This document shows positions 1 to 8,001 of a DNA stretch of 64,000 bases, piece by piece. The stretch's first letter is position 1. Each line of letters opens with the position of its first letter. The notes under the pieces are model-generated. The model made no database searches and was not told where the DNA came from. It saw nothing but the letters and a program-made list of their open reading frames with translations. The stretch is from an uncultured Bacteroidota bacterium (GTDB lineage: Bacteria; Bacteroidota; Bacteroidia; UKL13-3), in contig CAIYNF010000114.1 of NCBI GenBank assembly GCA_903927505.1, forward strand, positions 1,152 to 65,151. Direction: 5' to 3'. Both the position numbers and the translations under genes were made by a program.

Positions 1-1071
1 AACCCTTGCACAACAATCTATATTATTTGTACCCACAACTGCACGTGTAAATTTTTGCATCAAATAATTTTCTTCATTGGTGCAACGTGCCGAGGAAATG
101 GCGGCAAAAGAATCTGGCCCGTTTTTCTTTAATATCTCCGTTAATTTACTTGAAATAAAATCGTAGGCCTCATCCCAAGTTGCAGGTTCTAACTGTCCAT
201 TGCGCCTTATCAATGGTGTTTTTATTCTATCAGGATGCTTGTAAAATGCAAAAGCAAATCGTCCTTTCAAACAAGTATGCCCTTGGTTTACCTCCGCATT
301 ATACGGTGCTTGGATCGACTTAATACTACCAGATTTTACAGATACTTCTAAATTACAACCCACCCCACAATAGGTACAAATTGTTCTTATTTTTTTATCT
401 GCTACTATTGATTTTGATTCGTACACATCACTAATGGCGGAGGTTGGACAAGCCTGTGCACAAGCACCACAGCTTACACAAGCAGATTCATTAAATGTTG
501 TTTCTTGTCCTTTTACTATATGGCTATCAAAACCTCTACCGGCCATACTCAATACAAATTGTCCTTGCACCTCATCACAAGCACGCACACACCTAAAACA
601 ATTGATACACTTAGAAAAATCTGATGTCATATAAGGATGACTTAAATCTTTCTTTCTATCTAAATGGTTCTTGCCTGCTGGATAACGCACATCGCGCACG
701 CCCACTTGTGCTGCCACTGATTGTAGTTCGCAATTATTATTTACTTCACAGGTTAAACAATCCAATGGATGATCTGTAAGCACCAACTCTACAATATTTT
801 TCCTAAGCTTTAATACCCGATCAGAGCTTGGATAAATAAAAGAGTTTGGCATCACAGGGGTATGACAAGATGCTTGTGTTTTCACTGGCCCGTTCTCCGC
901 CAATGCCACGTCTACACTGCACACACGACAAGAGCCAAACGGATCTAAATTGGGTGCATCACACAATGTTGGAACTAAATTTTTTCCTTTTATTCTGCGA
1001 ACAAAAGCAAGAATGGTCTCCCCATCTTGTATTTCAAAAGCTTCGTTGTCTATATAGGCAATCTGACTCAT
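1..1071 (-). CDS. Formate dehydrogenase alpha-like molybdopterin oxidoreductase, N-terminal part (continues beyond position 1)
   Basis: Absent from the ORF track because it runs off the edge. My translation from the ATG at complement(1069..1071) reads MSQIAYIDNEAFEIQDGETILAFVRR..CRVCSV (2Fe-2S), then CINCFRCVRAC and CVSCGACAQACP (4Fe-4S), CTYCGVGC (MopB cluster) and NNIDCCARV. The frame stays open to position 1. Confidence 0.8.
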   Translation of the reverse strand, partial: MSQIAYIDNEAFEIQDGETILAFVRRIKGKNLVPTLCDAPNLDPFGSCRVCSVDVALAENGPVKTQASCHTPVMPNSFIYPSSDRVLKLRKNIVELVLTDHPLDCLTCEVNNNCELQSVAAQVGVRDVRYPAGKNHLDRKKDLSHPYMTSDFSKCINCFRCVRACDEVQGQFVLSMAGRGFDSHIVKGQETTFNESACVSCGACAQACPTSAISDVYESKSIVADKKIRTICTYCGVGCNLEVSVKSGSIKSIQAPYNAEVNQGHTCLKGRFAFAFYKHPDRIKTPLIRRNGQLEPATWDEAYDFISSKLTEILKKNGPDSFAAISSARCTNEENYLMQKFTRAVVGTNNIDCCARV

Positions 1072-1081
1072 ACTTCTTTTT

Positions 1082-2734
1082 TTATGCTTTAAAATAAGGG
1101 TTCAATTCTTCTGGAAAATACTGCAATGCATTTCTAATTGGCAATGGCAATCCGCCTCCAAGTGCACAGAGCGAGCCAATCTCCATAGTTTCAATTAAAT
1201 CGTCAAAAAGGTCCCTGTCTATTTTTGGTCCATCGTTTTTTGCACCCGCAATTAATTCATGGCCTCGGGTTGAACCAAGTCTGCATGGAAAACATTTGCC
1301 ACAACTTTCATGTGCTGTAAATTGAAACAAATGTTCCATATAATCTATAATTGGAAAGTCATTGGGTAAACAAACCACCGACGCATGTCCCAATAAAAAT
1401 TTCTCTGCGGCAAAGGTTTCAAAATCTATACTTAAACTGTCAATTTTTGAAAGCGGCACCAATCCTCCTAGTGGGCCACCAATATGCATAGCCTTCACAG
1501 GAGATTTAAATCCTTGTCCCAATTCTTCTATTACTAATTTTAATGGCGTTCCCATTTCAACCTCATAGATACCTGGTCTATTAAAAAAACCATCTAATGA
1601 AACCAATTTGGTACCCGTAGATTTTCCTTTACCTAAAGACGCAAACGCTGCTCCACCTTCAGAAATTATGAAAGGAATATTGGCAAGTGTTTCCACATTA
1701 TTTACAACAGTTGGCTTATTAAACAAACCATGCTGCGTTGGATAAGGAGGCCTAACACGTACCTCTGGCCGCTGGCCTTCAATACTAGAAAGCAAAGCGG
1801 TTTCTTCACCGCATATATAAGCACCTTGGGCAGAAATTACTTTGAAATCAAATTGAAATCCAGAACCTAAAATATTTTCACCTAAGAAACCTTTCTCCTT
1901 AATTTGTGCAATGGCATCATGTGCATTTTTAATGGATTCTGGGTATTCTGCACGAATGTATAAAACCCCAAAATTTGCTCCCATAATATAGCCACCAATA
2001 ATCATTCCGAGTAAAACAGAATGAATTTGATGTTCTAACAAATACCTATCGCTATAGGCTCCTGGATCGCCCTCATCTGCATTACAAACAATAAACTTTT
2101 GCTCACTGGCGGTGTTTTTTGCCGATTCTAATTTAAAGCCTATTGGAAAACCTGCACCTCCTCTTCCACGCAAACCAGCTGTTTTTAATTCTGCTAATAA
2201 AGCTTCTGGTGTTTGCTTTAATGCTTTTTCTAAAATTTTGTAATAGGCATCAATGCCAGGAAAATTAGCCGTAAGAATCTGTTTCCCCAAAGCTCCTACA
2301 AAATAATTTTCTTGAAATGGGTAGCTTTCTTTTTTTATTTCACCAATATGATTTACCGCATCACCTGAGTAATTATGGCCATTTACATGAAAGGCAGCAT
2401 TCTCATGACATCTTCCCAAACAACACATTTCACCAATTTCATTGGCTTCAAAATGTTGGCTTAATTTATCCGTTAAATCTTTTTGTTTTCCAGAGGTTAA
2501 ACAAGCACTGCCATTGCATACATAAACCTTTTTACCCTTATTTTCTGGACGTAAGAAATCATAAAAACTTGTGGTACCATAAACATTTGCCTCTCCAAAT
2601 AAGAAAGCTTGTGCCAAGGCTTCTATATCTTCTTTATTAGGAGTTCCAGCTTGCTTGGCGCGCTCACCTAGGGCCTCAAACAAATTGTTTTCTAGTCCTT
2701 TTCTACCAGAAAGTTCACTTAAATTATTCGACAT
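1082..2734 (-). CDS. NAD(H)-binding diaphorase subunit, fused NuoE-like [2Fe-2S] and NuoF-like FMN/[4Fe-4S] domains (FdsB/HoxF-like)
   Basis: 550 aa. The N-terminus has VYVCNGSACL..CCLGRCH (thioredoxin-like 2Fe-2S). This is followed by GRGGAGFPIGFK (FMN/NADH site) and ESCGKCFPCRLG (N3 4Fe-4S). The stop lies 10 nt upstream of the FDH-alpha-like start, so the two are probably one operon. Confidence 0.85.
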   Translation of the reverse strand: MSNNLSELSGRKGLENNLFEALGERAKQAGTPNKEDIEALAQAFLFGEANVYGTTSFYDFLRPENKGKKVYVCNGSACLTSGKQKDLTDKLSQHFEANEIGEMCCLGRCHENAAFHVNGHNYSGDAVNHIGEIKKESYPFQENYFVGALGKQILTANFPGIDAYYKILEKALKQTPEALLAELKTAGLRGRGGAGFPIGFKLESAKNTASEQKFIVCNADEGDPGAYSDRYLLEHQIHSVLLGMIIGGYIMGANFGVLYIRAEYPESIKNAHDAIAQIKEKGFLGENILGSGFQFDFKVISAQGAYICGEETALLSSIEGQRPEVRVRPPYPTQHGLFNKPTVVNNVETLANIPFIISEGGAAFASLGKGKSTGTKLVSLDGFFNRPGIYEVEMGTPLKLVIEELGQGFKSPVKAMHIGGPLGGLVPLSKIDSLSIDFETFAAEKFLLGHASVVCLPNDFPIIDYMEHLFQFTAHESCGKCFPCRLGSTRGHELIAGAKNDGPKIDRDLFDDLIETMEIGSLCALGGGLPLPIRNALQYFPEELNPYFKA

Positions 2735-2888
2735 ATATTTGTCATGGTTTAAATTTGTTAGTATTGCTGTGCCAACAAACGCTATGCAATGTAGGAAAAA
2801 GGAGGCTTTCCTAAAGAAATTATGTAAACATTTTACCTGATTTTAAAATTAAGTGTATATTGTAAAATACGGTAACAAAATAGAGAGG

Positions 2889-5051
2889 GTGAAAATTACA
2901 CACATTAACAAACGCATCTTACTGATTTGCATTACTTTAATTGCAAACCTAAGTTCTTTTGCCCAAAACTATTTTGACCCGAACCAATTACAAAATCCAA
3001 AAAAATACGGGCCAAGCATTAAAGCCAAATTTAAAGAGAAATTTGTTTATGAATACAAAGTTACACCCGGCAAACATGTGGTGTTTCTTAAAAATGGCTT
3101 GCGCAGCTCAGATTTTATTGCTCCTAAACTTTGGACAAATATTCAAGATACGGTTTTCCCCTACCGGGTAGATATTGTTTATTCGCGCTACCCCTTGCAC
3201 GATAGTATTTACAAAGAAATCTATCCCTTGCTTTGCAATAGACTCCTTCATTTGTTTCAATTAGATGCCAGCTTAAACGATCCAAATTTTACATGGAACA
3301 CCATCCTACAAACACATATTGATAACGACGATCAGGTAAATACCCTTTTCCATGGAGTTGTTATTTGGTATAGAACAGCCGAAGAAGAAGCTTTGTTAAT
3401 TGATTCATTAGAAGAAAAAACGCAAGACAATGTTTCGGTTCGAACCGACAAAAATACACAAGGAGGAATCAAAGATTTAACAGAAACTATTGAAGGTATA
3501 AAGCAATCTAACTTGTTAGATGAGCAAACCAGAACTGCCATTCAAAACAAACCGCTTGATGTGCAAAAACAATTAATTAAAGAGCAGCTTCAAAAAGAAA
3601 TTATTAAACCTTCTACCATCAAATTGTCTGAAAGAACACCTTTAGAAATGTTTCAATTTAAAAGGCAGGTAACAGAATTTTTAAAGAATAATCCATTTAC
3701 AGACAGCGTTGTTTGGAAGGTAATGGACAGGCATCCAGAATGGGCAGATGCCTTGGTGGTAAACGATTGGACAGGCAGTATGTATGGGTATGGCGCACAA
3801 GTGGTACATTGGCATTTATTAAATTACAAAACATCTGGCATTAGATTTATTAGCCTATTTAATGATGGCGATAACAAAACAAATGCAAATAAAATAATTG
3901 GCGAAACAGGCGGCATTTATTCTGCAGAAGCATCAGACATTCCAAAAATAATTAACCTATTTAATTTAGTGCGACTCAATGGCGGCGGAGGCGATAGACA
4001 AGAAAACAATGTTGAAGCCATTTTAGAATCCATTAAAAGATTTCCCAATCAACAAGAAATAATATTAATAGCAGATAATTTTGCATGTATTAGAGATATA
4101 GAATTGGCAGTTAAAATTAACAAGCCTGTGCGCATCATTGTCTGTGGCTACAGCAAAGAATTTGGCGTAAATCCACACCTCGCCTACCTTGCAAAGATTA
4201 CCAATGGCGGCCTTTATACCTTAGAGCAAGACCTGGAAAATTTACGCTTAGAAACTTCGGGAATTGGTGAAATAAAAGAATTCAAAGACAGGCGTTTTTT
4301 AATAAGTCCAATCAATTGTTCTCCACGCCCTATTTATGAATTAAAATATGGAAAAGAATCTTTTAAAACCTATACCAATTACGATTCTGCTTTCATTGAA
4401 AAAGACAAGGTAAGGCAATTGGAATTAAAAGAAATGGATTTGCTTAAATGGCCTGTTGGAATAAGTAAAATGAGAAATTTATTGACCTTAAACCTTAGCA
4501 AAAACAAACTAAAATCAATTCCAAATAATGTAAAACAACTCGAATTGCTAAAGGACATAAACCTTGCTAACAATGAATTAACAGCTCTTCCCAAGACATT
4601 TACCAAATTAACAAGTCTAGAAAATTTAGATATTAGCTTTAATCAATTACAAACATTAAGTCTCTTTTTTTCCAATTGGTTTTACCTAAAAAAACTCAAT
4701 GCATCCAATAATTTATTAGCAGGCATAGATGGATTAAATCAATTGAAAAACATTCAATATTTGAATTTAAGTTTTAACAATATTGCAGAACTCCCTGCAG
4801 AAATTCATCAGTTAAAAAGATTGGTAAGTTTAGATTTGAGTAACAATAAACTCCTTTATTTACCAAGAACCATAAGCGGCTTAAGTAAAATAGAAGAGCT
4901 TAATTTAGAAAACAATAATATTGGCTCATTGCCCCCGTATCTTTATAGGTTACGCAAATTAAAAACGCTCAATCTGGCAGGTAATCCGCTTGGCGAGAAA
5001 GAAAAAGATAGAATAAGAGCAGAACTTCCTCAGGTAGAAATTACCTTTTAA
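2889..5051 (+). CDS. Secreted vWA-like domain / leucine-rich-repeat fusion protein
   Basis: The ORF is open from 2853 (GTG). A GTG at 2889 gives a classic signal peptide, (M)KITHINKRILLICITLIANLSSFAQ. The central region has a MIDAS-like DWTGSM with ..LIADNFA.. (about 3750-4180). The C-terminal part (about 4430-5000) holds about nine 23-residue LxxLxLxxNxL repeats. The start codon is uncertain. Confidence 0.7.
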   Translation: MKITHINKRILLICITLIANLSSFAQNYFDPNQLQNPKKYGPSIKAKFKEKFVYEYKVTPGKHVVFLKNGLRSSDFIAPKLWTNIQDTVFPYRVDIVYSRYPLHDSIYKEIYPLLCNRLLHLFQLDASLNDPNFTWNTILQTHIDNDDQVNTLFHGVVIWYRTAEEEALLIDSLEEKTQDNVSVRTDKNTQGGIKDLTETIEGIKQSNLLDEQTRTAIQNKPLDVQKQLIKEQLQKEIIKPSTIKLSERTPLEMFQFKRQVTEFLKNNPFTDSVVWKVMDRHPEWADALVVNDWTGSMYGYGAQVVHWHLLNYKTSGIRFISLFNDGDNKTNANKIIGETGGIYSAEASDIPKIINLFNLVRLNGGGGDRQENNVEAILESIKRFPNQQEIILIADNFACIRDIELAVKINKPVRIIVCGYSKEFGVNPHLAYLAKITNGGLYTLEQDLENLRLETSGIGEIKEFKDRRFLISPINCSPRPIYELKYGKESFKTYTNYDSAFIEKDKVRQLELKEMDLLKWPVGISKMRNLLTLNLSKNKLKSIPNNVKQLELLKDINLANNELTALPKTFTKLTSLENLDISFNQLQTLSLFFSNWFYLKKLNASNNLLAGIDGLNQLKNIQYLNLSFNNIAELPAEIHQLKRLVSLDLSNNKLLYLPRTISGLSKIEELNLENNNIGSLPPYLYRLRKLKTLNLAGNPLGEKEKDRIRAELPQVEITF
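3437..3446. repeat. GGTTCGAACC iterated palindrome, copy 1 (inside the vWA-LRR CDS; read V-R-T)
   Basis: Exact 10-mer read from the sequence. Flanks give TTTCGGTTCGAACCG. Confidence 0.9.
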
Positions 5052-5058
5052 CCGTTTC

Positions 5059-5068
5059 GGTTCGAACC
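5059..5068. repeat. GGTTCGAACC iterated palindrome, copy 2 (16-nt spacer between two convergent genes)
   Basis: Exact 10-mer, preceded by TTTC. The last base is also the first base of the SPFH gene stop-codon complement. Confidence 0.9.
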
Positions 5069-5967
5069 TATTTTGCGTCGAGTATAAGCGGTGAATTTCC
5101 CCTGCCCATAACAATAACTTTGCTATTAGGAGACTTCGCCAATTCTAAATTTGCCTTAATGGTTTCGTATTGCAATTGTTTATCTGTAAGTCCACTACTA
5201 ATAATACGTTGGTAATCGGCAATACCTTGTGCTTCTACCCTTTTACGTTCTGCTTCTTGTTTTTCTTTCTGCAAAACAAACTGCATTTTTTGCGCATCTT
5301 GTTCTGCATTAATTTTAGATTCAATACTTGCTTTTACAGATACAGGTAAGGTTATATTACGAACCAACATTTGCTCCAAAATAATTCCACGTTCTTTAAA
5401 ACTCTTTTCAATTGTTTTAAAGATTCTGTTTTGAAATTCATCACGCTTAGAAGAATACAATGCCACCGCTTCATAATACACGGCATTGTCGCGAATAGCT
5501 GTACGCGTTATAGGACGAACAATTTTTACATTATAATCCAATCCCGTTTCATTTAATATTTTAGGGGCATCTGCTGGAACAACTTTAAAAAGCACGGTTA
5601 AATCAATAGCAACTTCCAAACCATCAGCCGTAAGAATACGAATAGCATCATCACCCTCTTTATCTCCTTCATCATGAATGCCACTCATGGTATAATTTTG
5701 GGTTTTCACATCCATTTCTTTTACATCTACCAGCGGATTTATAAAATGCAAACCACTTGGCAATACATCATTTTGAACTTGTCCAAATAATACCTTTACG
5801 CCTACAAATCCAGCATCAATTTGTTTGAAACAAGAGGTGGAAACACCCAATACCAATAACACAATTCCAAAAACACGAATTCCTGCACCCACTTTTTTTG
5901 TGATTTCGTTTGCCGGCATAAAAAATGCAACAGCAAGAACAATTAGACCTAAAGTAATAAATATCAT
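5068..5967 (-). CDS. SPFH/band 7 (prohibitin-like) membrane protein
   Basis: 299 aa. One N-terminal TM helix, an SPFH core (..GVKVLFGQV..GLHFINPL..), then an E/K/Q-rich coiled-coil tail. Confidence 0.8.
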   Translation of the reverse strand: MIFITLGLIVLAVAFFMPANEITKKVGAGIRVFGIVLLVLGVSTSCFKQIDAGFVGVKVLFGQVQNDVLPSGLHFINPLVDVKEMDVKTQNYTMSGIHDEGDKEGDDAIRILTADGLEVAIDLTVLFKVVPADAPKILNETGLDYNVKIVRPITRTAIRDNAVYYEAVALYSSKRDEFQNRIFKTIEKSFKERGIILEQMLVRNITLPVSVKASIESKINAEQDAQKMQFVLQKEKQEAERKRVEAQGIADYQRIISSGLTDKQLQYETIKANLELAKSPNSKVIVMGRGNSPLILDAK

Positions 5968-6227
5968 TGTCTTAAAATTATTTGTATTTATAAATTATAA
6001 AAAACAAAGATACATTTTAGCTAGCGCAAGCAGCCAAATATTAAAAGGCCTAAATAATATTTTAAGCAATCCAATTATACATTCAAATGAAAACGCCTAG
6101 CCACACTACCCTAACAATCATTAGATAGCGTAATCCACAATTAATTTAGAAGAATCTAAGAAAAATTCAATAAAACTACTTGATAATTAACGCTTACTTA
6201 ATAAATTGTAGGTATAAAACACACGAC

Positions 6228-6476
6228 ATGGAAAATACAAACCCCACACTTTTAGAAGCAACAAGCGAGATGGAACTGGAGCAGGTTGATAGTCGGAAAA
6301 TACGCACCCAAAGGGGCTTTACACTAATTGGCTTTGGCGCTATTATTTTAATAATTGGCTGCATCTTAAGCATTATTGCAGATCCCAGTCACCTTATATA
6401 TGATTTCATTTTATACGGACCAACAACTTTAGGCGCTATAATGGTAATTTATGGCATGTACAAAGTGATGGAATAA
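6228..6476 (+). CDS. Small hypothetical membrane protein (two predicted TM helices)
   Basis: ATG at 6228 (MENTNPTLLE..). Two hydrophobic stretches, GFTLIGFGAIILIIGCILSII and ILYGPTTLGAIMVIYGM. I recognise no family. Confidence 0.4.
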   Translation: MENTNPTLLEATSEMELEQVDSRKIRTQRGFTLIGFGAIILIIGCILSIIADPSHLIYDFILYGPTTLGAIMVIYGMYKVME

Positions 6477-6665
6477 TATTAAAAAAAAATAAAATTACTT
6501 AAAACACAGTATTATAAAGAGTTACATTAAAAATGAAACTCTTTTTTAGTGTCTATTTTTATATATTTTCCACAATTTGTAGTATTTTTTCTTTTTTTTG
6601 TATAGTTTTGTTTCGGTTATTAATGAATGGAGATTCATTTGACCACAACCTAACCTTTACTCAAA

Positions 6666-7367
6666 ATGAAAAAATTATTAACTTTAGCAATTACTTGTTT
6701 ATTACTAGCAGGTACAAATTTTGTTCAATCCCAAACACGTCATAATCCTTGGGCCTTAACTGGTATGATAGGAATTACTGAGTATAGCGGAGATATGGGC
6801 AATGGTTTCTTTAAATTTGATTTAAAGCCAACCAGTTTCTACGATTTAGATGGTAATTTAAGACAAAAAAATGAACCTGGGGTTGCCGGTGCAAGCTTAA
6901 CCCGCTACATCAGTCCTAAACTAAATGTTTCACTTTCTTATTTGCATGGAGAATGGGGATTCCATACCCAAGACAACAGTTCTTATTTCTTTAAAAGAAT
7001 GAATTCTGTTGACGTACATTTTCAATGGAAGTTTTTGGGATTATATGATGATCCAATTATCAATCCTTTTATTATTGCTGGTATTGGATACCGTAACATT
7101 CATATGAAAGATAGTTTAACCAGTGGTTTGCAAAACGAAATTACCCTTCCATTAGGTTTGGGTTTAAACTTTAGATTAACAAAAGGAATGTATATCACGG
7201 CTCAATCCTATTTTGCATTCACTTCCGCTGATGCTGGCGATGGAAGAAGTATAGATTTCAACGACAAAATATGGAACCATACCATAGGCTTGAGTATTAT
7301 ACCAAACAATTTAAAGCTTGGTTTATTTACACACGCTAAAAGATACAGATGCCCTCATATTAGATAA
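6666..7367 (+). CDS. Outer-membrane beta-barrel (porin-family/OMP_b-brl-like) protein
   Basis: 233 aa. Signal peptide MKKLLTLAITCLLLAGTNFVQS, alternating beta-strand pattern with aromatic girdle residues. Followed by a terminator. Confidence 0.55.
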   Translation: MKKLLTLAITCLLLAGTNFVQSQTRHNPWALTGMIGITEYSGDMGNGFFKFDLKPTSFYDLDGNLRQKNEPGVAGASLTRYISPKLNVSLSYLHGEWGFHTQDNSSYFFKRMNSVDVHFQWKFLGLYDDPIINPFIIAGIGYRNIHMKDSLTSGLQNEITLPLGLGLNFRLTKGMYITAQSYFAFTSADAGDGRSIDFNDKIWNHTIGLSIIPNNLKLGLFTHAKRYRCPHIR

Positions 7368-7390
7368 GTATCAATTCCTCCCTAAAAGTA

Positions 7391-7422
7391 AAGCCATCTC
7401 TGCAAAGGGGTGGCTTTTTTTT
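7391..7422 (+). terminator. Rho-independent terminator after the OMP gene
   Basis: AGCCATC..loop..GGTGGCT stem followed by T8. Confidence 0.6.
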
Positions 7423-7580
7423 GTGTCTAAGCTACTGGCAAGGTATAAATAAGAAGACACAAAAAACATTGCAGGCAACTATTTAACCACTTATTTAAGT
7501 ATTGTTCTACCTAAGTCAATTATACATAATTAACAAAGGATTAGGATATAAATAAGCCATTAAAGTACAATTGGCTTTAT

Positions 7581-7635
7581 TGGAGGCACATGGATTCGAA
7601 CCAAGGTGTCTGAATCAGCTGAGCTATTTGATAAA
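7581..7635 (-). pseudogene. Decayed tRNA-Val copy lacking the anticodon arm
   Basis: 7582..7606 is identical over 25 nt to the acceptor-3'/T-arm of the adjacent tRNA-Val (7679..7703). The D-arm region matches with one mismatch. About 24 nt covering the variable and anticodon arms are missing, the 5' acceptor strand has diverged and there is no CCA. Confidence 0.6.
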
Positions 7636-7644
7636 TTTTGGGCA

Positions 7645-7674
7645 TAAAAAAAGCCACCGAGTTATCGGTGGCTT
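7645..7674 (-). terminator. Rho-independent terminator directly after tRNA-Val
   Basis: GCCACCGA-GTTA-TCGGTGGC perfect 8-bp stem, with T7 on the minus strand. Confidence 0.7.
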
Positions 7675-7752
7675 TGGTGGAGGCACATGGATTCGAACCA
7701 AGGACCCTCTGCTTGTAAGGCAGATGCTCTGAACCAGCTGAGCTATGCCTCC
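7675..7752 (-). tRNA. tRNA-Val (anticodon UAC), CCA encoded
   Basis: The reverse complement folds by hand: acceptor GGAGGCA/TGCCTCC, D stem GCTC/GAGC, anticodon stem TCTGC/GCAGA with loop CTTACAA, T loop TTCGAAT. There is one T-T mismatch in the T stem. Confidence 0.9.
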
Positions 7753-7785
7753 ATTTTGATTGCGTTGCCGCTCTCAAGGGGAGTG

Positions 7786-7816
7786 CAAAGATAAGAATGA
7801 AGCTGAAAAATGCAAA
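7786..7816 (-). promoter_or_regulatory. Bacteroidota sigma-A type promoter candidate for tRNA-Val (TTTG-N19-TAtcTTTG)
   Basis: The minus strand reads TTTGcatttttcagcttcattctTATCTTTG. This matches the -33 TTTG / -7 TAnnTTTG consensus at canonical spacing, about 30 nt upstream of the mature 5' end. Confidence 0.45.
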
Positions 7817-7949
7817 TAAATAGTAGGCTTAAATAGTAAAAAATACGCGAAGGCCTTGTATTTACTCATTATCAGTATTTTAAAATAAAATCAATCTTCC
7901 GCCACTAATTTATATTTCACGAAAGGAAGCAAAGACAAAACACAAGGCA

Positions 7950-7988
7950 TAAAAAAAGCCCCTTACACAATGTATAAGGGGCTTTTTT
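7950..7988 (-). terminator. Rho-independent terminator after gldN
   Basis: GCCCCTTA..TAAGGGGC stem flanked by A7 and T6. It could act in both directions. Confidence 0.7.
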
Positions 7989-8001
7989 ATTAAATGAGTG
8001 T

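Noticed and set aside
4430-5000. Periodic 69-nt structure that could be mistaken for a DNA repeat array or CRISPR.
   Set aside because: It is the coding periodicity of 23-residue leucine-rich repeats. The units are diverged at the DNA level, there are no spacers and the region is in frame.
6533-6745. 70-aa ORF in the spacer upstream of the OMP gene.
   Set aside because: It has a Phe/Ile/Ser-rich low-complexity translation from AT-rich promoter-like DNA and overlaps the OMP start.
7582-7703. The 25-nt direct repeat of the tRNA 3' half, considered as attL/attR of an integrated genomic island.
   Set aside because: The repeats are only about 97 nt apart, enclose nothing but a terminator, and no integrase or foreign-looking genes flank them. 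A decayed tandem duplication fits better.
7577-7777. 66-aa ORF on the minus strand.
   Set aside because: It is entirely composed of the tRNA-Val gene, its terminator and the tRNA remnant, so it is a translation artefact.
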